Virus record (IMG/VR): IMGVR_UViG_2711768053_000006
Length of the DNA: 4,729 bases
Reading direction: 5' to 3' (one strand)
DNA from: a virus
Lineage: Duplodnaviria; Heunggongvirae; Uroviricota; Caudoviricetes
The notes beneath the pieces are model-generated. The model saw nothing but the letters and a program-made list of their open reading frames with translations, ran no database searches and was not told the DNA's origin. The position numbers and the translations under genes are program-made. Shown piece after piece: positions 1 through 4,729 of this stretch (the first letter of the stretch is position 1; every line of letters starts with the position of its first letter).

Positions 1-88
1 TCGGGAAAGGGAAGACAAACATTGAGATGATCATCACCATTAACAACAAAATCAGCAATTCCGGGCGGACACGCACCCCGTGTAATAA

Positions 89-373
89 GGAAGTCAGAAC
101 CGTTTATTGCCTCTGCAACCTGTAAAGAAAACACTCCCGTACAGCTCATGCCTGCAAGCGGTATCCGTAAATGCCCTCAGACGCTCCACCAACACCATAT
201 TTCTTTCTTCGTCAAATAACGAAGGTGCGCAAAATTGCGTTATCGAAAGTTGCACCATTTCCGTTATTCCATTCGAAGGCGTGCGCCACAATGCACTGGA
301 TGACGCCCGTCACCAGGCAAAATACGTTACAGCTACGATACAAAAACTGATCCCGAGTCAGGCTGATTTTTAA
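89..373 (+). pseudogene. C-terminal remnant of a DnaQ-like (DEDDh) 3'-5' exonuclease; probably decayed
   Basis: The translation ends ...IPFEGVRHNALDDARHQAKYVTATIQKL..., which matches the Exo III motif (H-x-A-x-x-D-A) of DEDDh exonucleases. The frame is closed upstream by TAA TAA at 83-88, the 95 open codons contain no ATG (the track's start at 107 is TTG), and no Exo I or Exo II motif is visible in any frame of 1-373. Confidence 0.3.
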
Positions 374-384
374 TGTTCAACCCC

Positions 385-417
385 GGTCGTCGCCCACCAG
401 CTATAGTGGCGGCGACC
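385..417. other. GC-rich stem-loop between the exonuclease remnant and xis, with a Chi octamer in the loop
   Basis: GGTCGTCGCC (385-394) pairs with GGCGGCGACC (408-417), 10 bp including one G-U, around a 13-nt loop. CCACCAGC at 394-401 is the reverse complement of Chi (GCTGGTGG), so Chi lies on the minus strand. Confidence 0.25.
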
Positions 418-437
418 ATGATTAGCGAACGACGCTC

Positions 438-686
438 ATGGCAAGACTTATTCTGCTCACTGAGTGGGCAAAAGAGGAATTCGGTGAGCCGGTCCCTACT
501 CCGGGTACGTTAAGTAAATACGCTAAAGCCGGAATGATATTTCCTCTCCCCAAAAAAGTTGGAAGACACTGGCGAGTGGATCCACACGCTCGCTTTGTAG
601 GAATGGTAAACAAGCCGGAGGTGATCGCCACAGATCACCCAGCCTTGAAGAGGATACTGGAAGATGGCGCGCCCGCGAAAATATAA
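438..686 (+). CDS. xis: Excisionase (Xis), lambda-type
   Basis: 82 aa starting at ATG 438. MARLILLTEWAKEEF...GMIFPLPKKVGRHWRVDPHARFVG parallels lambda Xis (MYLTLQEWNARQ...CRIFPPPVKDGREYLFHESAVKV, from memory). It lies immediately upstream of int and overlaps it by 23 nt, as xis and int do in lambda. Confidence 0.8.
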   Translation: MARLILLTEWAKEEFGEPVPTPGTLSKYAKAGMIFPLPKKVGRHWRVDPHARFVGMVNKPEVIATDHPALKRILEDGAPAKI

Positions 687-1794
687 AACTGATGTTCCGG
701 GATTATCTCCGTATTTTGACAAAAGAAATAACAAAGTTTACTGGCGTTACAGGCATCCCATAACAGGCAAAAATCACGGTCTCGGCAGTATTGACCAGAA
801 ACTGGCAGAAACTATTGCAGCAGAAGCGAACAGCCGTCTTGCCAGGCAGCAAATGGAACAAATGCTCAGTCTGCAGGAGAAAATTATTAATGATACCGGC
901 GGTTCATCAACCGTTTCCATTTTTCTGAATAATTACAGAAAAATTCAACAGGAAAGATATGAAAACGGAGAAATCAAACTCAACACGCTGAAACAAAAAG
1001 CGGCCCCTCTCAGGGTATTTGATGAACGTTTTGGCACCAGACCGTTAGATGCCATCACCGTAAAAGATGTGGTATCGGTGCTGGAAGAGTACAAGGCCAG
1101 AGGACATAACAGAATGGGACAAATTTTCAGGAAGGTACTGATCGATGTTTTCCGGGAAGCTCAGCAAACGGGCGATGTCCCGCCAGGCTTTAACCCTGCA
1201 GAATCGGCAAAAAAACCGCAGGTGCGGATATCAAGACAGCGACTGACTTTTGATGAGTGGATGATGATTTATAACGCAGCGGAAAAGGATGGTTACTTTT
1301 TACAGCGCGGCATGCTGCTGGCACTGGTGACAGGCCAGCGCCTTTCAGATATTTGCAAAATGCAGTTTTCGGATATCCGGGATGGTTATCTTCATGTCGA
1401 ACAGCAAAAAACAGGAACCCGGATTGCCATCCCTCTGGCTCTGCGTTGCGATAAATTAAATCTCACCCTGGATGATGTGGTGTCATCCTGTCGCGATTGC
1501 GTTCTTAGTCCGTGGCTATTGCACCATCATCACGCGAAAGGGACAGCTAAGCGCGGCGGGATGGTTAAGCCAGCAACGTTAACTGTTGCATTTAAAAAAG
1601 CGCGGGATTCTGTGGATTACAACTGGCGTGCTAATGGCACCCCACCCTCTTTCCATGAGCAGAGATCTTTATCAGAAAGATTGTTCAGAGAACAGGGAAT
1701 TGATACCAAAATTTTGCTGGGTCATTCGAATCAAAAAATGACCGATATTTACAACGATGCACGCGGCAAGGAGTGGAAAAAACTGGTCATTTGA
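664..1794 (+). CDS. int: Tyrosine site-specific integrase, lambda Int family
   Basis: 376 aa, collinear with lambda Int over its whole length. The N-terminal arm-binding region (MARPRKYKTDVPGLSPYFDKRNNKVYWRYRHPITGKNHGLG) and the catalytic signature are present: R in LVTGQRLSDI, K in EQQKTGTRIAIP, H-x-x-R in FHEQRSLS, and H and Y in LLGHSNQKMTDIY. A Shine-Dalgarno-like GAGGA sits about 9 nt upstream of the ATG at 664. Confidence 0.95.
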   Translation: MARPRKYKTDVPGLSPYFDKRNNKVYWRYRHPITGKNHGLGSIDQKLAETIAAEANSRLARQQMEQMLSLQEKIINDTGGSSTVSIFLNNYRKIQQERYENGEIKLNTLKQKAAPLRVFDERFGTRPLDAITVKDVVSVLEEYKARGHNRMGQIFRKVLIDVFREAQQTGDVPPGFNPAESAKKPQVRISRQRLTFDEWMMIYNAAEKDGYFLQRGMLLALVTGQRLSDICKMQFSDIRDGYLHVEQQKTGTRIAIPLALRCDKLNLTLDDVVSSCRDCVLSPWLLHHHHAKGTAKRGGMVKPATLTVAFKKARDSVDYNWRANGTPPSFHEQRSLSERLFREQGIDTKILLGHSNQKMTDIYNDARGKEWKKLVI

Positions 1795-1801
1795 TGACCA
1801 G

Positions 1802-1835
1802 TTTTGCAGAGGAGTTTTGCAGAGATTTTGCAGAG
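1802..1835 (+). repeat. Three tandem direct repeats of TTTTGCAGAG; candidate Int arm-type binding sites (P'-arm-like)
   Basis: Exact 10-mers at 1802-1811, 1815-1824 and 1826-1835, starting 8 nt after the int stop codon. A fourth near-identical copy (TTTTGCAGAA) lies at 2079-2088. The position relative to int mirrors the lambda P'1-P'3 cluster. Confidence 0.5.
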
Positions 1836-2046
1836 AAAATTAAAAGCGGTACCCGGCAGAGAACATAAACACCCACGGATCCAGTCGTACCGAGTCTTTC
1901 ACGGTATTAACACCAGATTTATACTTAGCCGTGGTATCGATATCCATGTACCACACTGGCAGGTTTCAAAAAATACAATAACCAATTGTATTTAAAACAA
2001 AAAATAAGATTTTGAGATGCTTTTTTGTACCGTTTTTCTGTGTTTT

Positions 2047-2059
2047 TAACCGATTGATT
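2047..2059 (-). promoter_or_regulatory. IHF-binding site consensus match
   Basis: The minus strand reads AATCAATCGGTTA, which fits WATCAANNNNTTR exactly and sits among T-tracts inside the att-like region. Confidence 0.3.
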
Positions 2060-2142
2060 TTGTTGAAATCTTTTTTGGTTTTGCAGAAGGGATTTTTTGC
2101 CTGATTGTAACTTTGCGATTTTTTTCTGGGCTAATTGACGCA

Positions 2143-2184
2143 CAATTCTGGGCAAAAAGCGTGCAACCAAAAAGCCCAGAATTG
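2143..2184. other. Perfect 11-bp inverted repeat with a 20-nt loop; possible RNA processing or terminator-like element, or a protein-binding site
   Basis: CAATTCTGGGC (2143-2153) pairs perfectly with GCCCAGAATTG (2174-2184). The loop is AAAAA-GCGTGCAACC-AAAAA. A third TTCTGGGC copy lies at 2124-2131. The element begins 5 nt from the tfa stop codon. No U-run follows the stem on either strand, so it is not a canonical intrinsic terminator. Confidence 0.3.
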
Positions 2185-2188
2185 AACG

Positions 2189-2767
2189 CTAATTACTGCT
2201 AATCGTCATCGCTCTGATTGAGCGTAAATCCTCCAGATTATTCAGTTCTTCCTTCATCTCACGCTGGCGCTGATAAATCTCGTCATTGCGCTTAACCTGC
2301 GCCTGCGCCATCGCAGCTGCCAGCTCCTGAAGTTGCGCCATTGTCAGTGTGACAAGGTTATTTGCTGCATCCCCCCATCCCAGCGTTGACCGCGTACCTG
2401 CAACCTTTGTCGCCATTGCCACGGGCGCAATACGACTTATTGAGTCTGCACCACCATTCCAGGTACGACCGTTCCATTCGAACGTGAACGGCTGCGCCTC
2501 CTGTTCTGTGCGCCATGCCTCAATTTCCCGTTTTTTGGCATCTTTTGCCGCTGCGATAAGTTCAGGTGTGACTGTAAACGGGGCAATTTCCCCCCATTTG
2601 CCGCTCTGTAACTCTTCCCAGATGCGCTGGCCTGTCGGGGCGGTATCGTCCTGCATGGCGGTATACGGGACGAATTCCGTTTCACCCTCAAATAACACCT
2701 CGCAGTCAACCGCACCATTTTCAAGGTAATGCGCGTTTCTGATGCCTTTTACTGCTCTGATTTTCAT
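2189..2767 (-). CDS. tfa: Putative tail-fibre assembly protein or chaperone (Tfa-like)
   Basis: 192 aa, starting 14 nt downstream of the stf stop with a GAGGAAAT Shine-Dalgarno about 8 nt upstream of the ATG. The size and position are those of lambdoid tfa genes. A central F-x-W-NG...W-NGG segment loosely recalls the lambda Tfa middle region, but the C-terminus lacks the canonical W..YR.LLNRVD-type motif. Confidence 0.55.
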   Translation of the reverse strand: MKIRAVKGIRNAHYLENGAVDCEVLFEGETEFVPYTAMQDDTAPTGQRIWEELQSGKWGEIAPFTVTPELIAAAKDAKKREIEAWRTEQEAQPFTFEWNGRTWNGGADSISRIAPVAMATKVAGTRSTLGWGDAANNLVTLTMAQLQELAAAMAQAQVKRNDEIYQRQREMKEELNNLEDLRSIRAMTISSN

Positions 2768-2781
2768 GTTTTATTTCCTCG

Positions 2782-4729
2782 TTACTCGATGCGCACAAAC
2801 AGGCAAATACGGGCTTCATTACCGTAAGAATCTCTTGCACCGGATAACGCCATATAACGCCCAGGGAAAGTGTACCCGGTAGCCCCAACCTGTGGCGTTG
2901 AGCCGTACGACCCTATCCCTGTAGGTGCTGCGCACTTAATATTTACGGCCCCCAGACGCGAACCCGCCACCACATCACCCAGACCAATTTTGATTTCTTT
3001 ATCCCCGGAAGTTGTTCCGCGATAAACGGCCAGCACCGGAACACCAATTCCCGGATACTGAAAATAAGCGCCACTTCCCGACATGGTCGAAAGATGCTCA
3101 CTTAACATCTTTGACGTCAGAGACAGATTTATGACTGAAATCAGCCCCCACGCCACCTCTCCGTCAGCATATGCAGAGCTGTACTGTGCATAAAAAACAG
3201 ACTGGTCAGAATTTGGCTGATATCTGCTGTAAAAAAATAATCCCTTGTCAGTTTCTGCTGGATTACCGTTACTGACACCGGACGGAAAAAGATTCACGTC
3301 AACAATCCCGGTAAAAGAATCACGGTCCGGTAATATTTTTGAATTGTACAAATAAATAAAATAACGTCCCTCCGTGGCGTTTTTTACCCACTCAAGAAAT
3401 TTTTCATCGGAATTGAAATCAAGGCGTTCTGACTGGCTGAACGCATAACCAAAACCAAAGGCACCAGGCAGTGCCAGCCTGCCCGGCGTGCGGTCGCGGA
3501 TATCGCCCTGGGGTTCCATTGTCGCAGCCGCTTTCAGCTCAAGCTCTGTGCGCATGGCCTCAGGCGTGTCCAGTGCCAGTAATGCGCGGGCTTTTTCTGA
3601 CAGCTGCGCCAGTAAAATCCGGCCCTCTGCGCTGAAATAAGGTAGTGTGTTTTCTTCCGGTGTTATCTGGCTGACAGCCGTTAACACGTCATTAAGCGGC
3701 TGTTTACCTGCCAGTGCTTTAGTGACCGTTGTCGCAAACTCCGGGTCATTGCCCAGCGCAGCTGCCAGCTCGTTCAGTGTGTCCAGGGCTTCCGGTGACG
3801 AGTCAACCAGTGCGGCAAGCAGTTTGCGGACAAAAGCCGCGTTCGCGGTTTCCAGACCAGCAGCATCATCCGGTGGTGTTGGTGTGGTTGGCGTGCCGGT
3901 AAACGCCGGGCTGTCCAGTGGCGCTTTTGTTTTCGTCTCGTCCATGACGGTTTTGACGGCTTTTGGTGTGGCGGCCAGTTCTTCGCTGTCGTTGTCTGTA
4001 TCACTACAGAGTTGCACCAGACCTTTTTCTGTTGTGGAAGCATTGCTTCCCTTCAGGTCATCAACTATCCGTTGCGCCTCGTCCCTGTGCTGTTTTGCTT
4101 CCTGCGCATTGCCTGCGCTCGCATCCTGGCTGACTTTCGCCTGCCGGGCATATTCGGCAGCATTATTTTCATGGCCCAGCGCAACATTTGCCGCATTTTC
4201 TGCACTGGTCGCAGCCGAAGACGCTGCTTCCTTATACTGACTGGCGCGTTCGGCTGCATCAACCGATTCATCCCGCGCCACCCCTGATGTCTGTGCACTG
4301 TTTTCTGCCTCATTCGCAAAACGTTCCGCATCATCACGGGCTGTTGTGGTGACTTCTGCGTCCTGTGCGGTTTGCTGTGCGATTTCTGCTGCACTATCCG
4401 CATGGCTTTTTGCATTCTGCTCGCTCAGGGCGGCGTTATCTGCATTGTTTTTTGATTCCTCTGCGCTGGATGCAGAGTCATCTGCTGCCTGTTTGGCCTG
4501 CTTTACTGCATCTGTAACACTCTGTACACCCTCCTGCACCTGCCCGGCGCTCAGCTCAACTTCTGAGGCCAGCTGTTCAACGCGCTGCTTATCTTCGGCA
4601 ACTGCGATGGCGTTCAGTTGTACGTTATCCGCCAGCGTCTCGCAGTCGCTCTTAATTTGTTGCGCATCAGCGACATGTTGCCCGGCCTGTCGTTCGCTTT
4701 CCGCTGCCGCTTCCGCGCTCTGCTGCGCC
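2782..4729 (-). CDS. stf: Side tail-fibre protein (Stf-like), 5'-partial with the N-terminus outside the window
   Basis: The frame stays open from the TAA stop at 2782-2784 to the window edge; I translated 4540-4728 by hand and found no stop, so the track's GTG start at 4539 is not the real start. It contains the conserved lambdoid fibre segment SPAFTGTPTTP...ALDTLNELAAALGNDPEFATTVTKALAGKQP...LPYF, preceded by an Ala/Ser/Glu/Gln-rich rod and followed by a distal domain of about 245 aa. Confidence 0.9.
   Translation of the reverse strand, partial: AQQSAEAAAESERQAGQHVADAQQIKSDCETLADNVQLNAIAVAEDKQRVEQLASEVELSAGQVQEGVQSVTDAVKQAKQAADDSASSAEESKNNADNAALSEQNAKSHADSAAEIAQQTAQDAEVTTTARDDAERFANEAENSAQTSGVARDESVDAAERASQYKEAASSAATSAENAANVALGHENNAAEYARQAKVSQDASAGNAQEAKQHRDEAQRIVDDLKGSNASTTEKGLVQLCSDTDNDSEELAATPKAVKTVMDETKTKAPLDSPAFTGTPTTPTPPDDAAGLETANAAFVRKLLAALVDSSPEALDTLNELAAALGNDPEFATTVTKALAGKQPLNDVLTAVSQITPEENTLPYFSAEGRILLAQLSEKARALLALDTPEAMRTELELKAAATMEPQGDIRDRTPGRLALPGAFGFGYAFSQSERLDFNSDEKFLEWVKNATEGRYFIYLYNSKILPDRDSFTGIVDVNLFPSGVSNGNPAETDKGLFFYSRYQPNSDQSVFYAQYSSAYADGEVAWGLISVINLSLTSKMLSEHLSTMSGSGAYFQYPGIGVPVLAVYRGTTSGDKEIKIGLGDVVAGSRLGAVNIKCAAPTGIGSYGSTPQVGATGYTFPGRYMALSGARDSYGNEARICLFVRIE

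Larger units (their letters stand above)
1795..2130. other. Putative attP region (core not identified)
   Basis: Non-coding interval between convergent int and tfa, with arm-type-like repeats at both ends, an AT-rich centre with phased T-tracts and an IHF-consensus match. No tRNA-like sequence was seen. Confidence 0.45.
1..4729. mobile_element. Segment of a lambdoid temperate phage or prophage: xis-int-attP recombination module convergent with the stf-tfa tail-fibre module
   Basis: Gene content and order (xis>int> attP-like gap <tfa <stf) match the lambda arrangement of tail-fibre genes, attP, int and xis. Both flanks of the att-like gap are phage genes. Confidence 0.85.

Noticed and set aside
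27-125. 32-codon ATG ORF (MIITINNKISNSGRTRTPCNKEVRTVYCLCNL) at the window start
   Set aside because: Short, no convincing Shine-Dalgarno and no recognisable motif; probably a chance ORF in decayed exonuclease-region DNA.
94-734. Minus-strand ORFs antisense to the exonuclease remnant and xis (94-291, 422-631, 510-734)
   Set aside because: They are antisense to better-supported features, use non-ATG or weak starts and have no recognisable motifs.
1804-1995. 63-aa ORF on the + strand in the int-tfa gap
   Set aside because: It starts at TTG, has no ATG anywhere in the frame, has no Shine-Dalgarno, and runs through the arm-type repeats and AT-rich att-like DNA. Most likely non-coding.
1925-2170. 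81-aa ORF on the - strand in the int-tfa gap
   Set aside because: TTG start and a Lys/Gln-rich translation that is an artefact of A/T tracts; it overlaps the IHF-like site and the stem-loop.
1795-2188. tRNA gene or 3' tRNA fragment as integration target next to int
   Set aside because: No T-arm-like GGTTCGANTCC motif or its complement was found; AGGTTTCAAAAAA near 1961 only superficially resembles a T-loop. A short tRNA 3'-end identity in the core cannot be excluded by eye.
2349-2729. ORFs overlapping tfa in other frames (2349-2729 +, 2437-2724 -)
   Set aside because: They lie entirely inside the better-supported tfa ORF; the Arg/Ser-rich low-complexity translations are typical of off-frame reads.
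3448-3470. Hix/gix-like invertase crossover site suggesting an invertible fibre segment
   Set aside because: AAACCAAAGG only partly resembles the hix core and has no partner inverted site; no invertase gene is present and the stretch is ordinary coding sequence (LPGAFGFGYAFSQ).
3647-4415. ORFs inside or antisense to stf (3647-4240 +, 3774-4043 -, 4012-4287 +, 4065-4415 -)
   Set aside because: These are antisense or off-frame reads of the Ala-rich GCN-repeat coding region, giving Ser/Ala/Cys- or Arg-rich low-complexity products. No independent start or Shine-Dalgarno evidence.
2782-4729. Diversity-generating retroelement targeting the fibre C-terminus
   Set aside because: No reverse transcriptase ORF and no obvious template repeat of the stf 3' region elsewhere in the window; this was judged by eye only.
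1-4729. CRISPR array, rRNA or other structured RNA genes
   Set aside because: No regularly spaced direct repeats with unique spacers and no rRNA- or tRNA-like conserved blocks were seen.

Overview
This window reads as a segment of a lambda-family (lambdoid) temperate phage of an enterobacterial host, with no sign of a novel defence or other undescribed system. On the + strand there is a DnaQ-like exonuclease C-terminal remnant (89-373), an excisionase (438-686) and a lambda-type tyrosine integrase (664-1794) that overlaps it by 23 nt. Downstream lies a roughly 390-bp non-coding, partly AT-rich region (1795-2188) that looks like an unrecombined attP, with three tandem TTTTGCAGAG repeats right after the int stop, a fourth copy about 250 bp away, an IHF-consensus match and a perfect 11-bp stem-loop. 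Converging on it from the - strand are a Tfa-like tail-fibre assembly gene (2189-2767) and a side tail-fibre gene (2782 to beyond 4729, N-terminus outside the window). The points worth a second look are the intact attP between int and the tail-fibre genes (phage, excised or tandem-junction form rather than a simple prophage end), the candidate arm-type sites, the stem-loops, the decayed exonuclease and the unrecognised distal domain of the tail fibre. All calls rest on reading the sequence and on recollection of lambda Int, Xis, Stf and Tfa; no database search was run.
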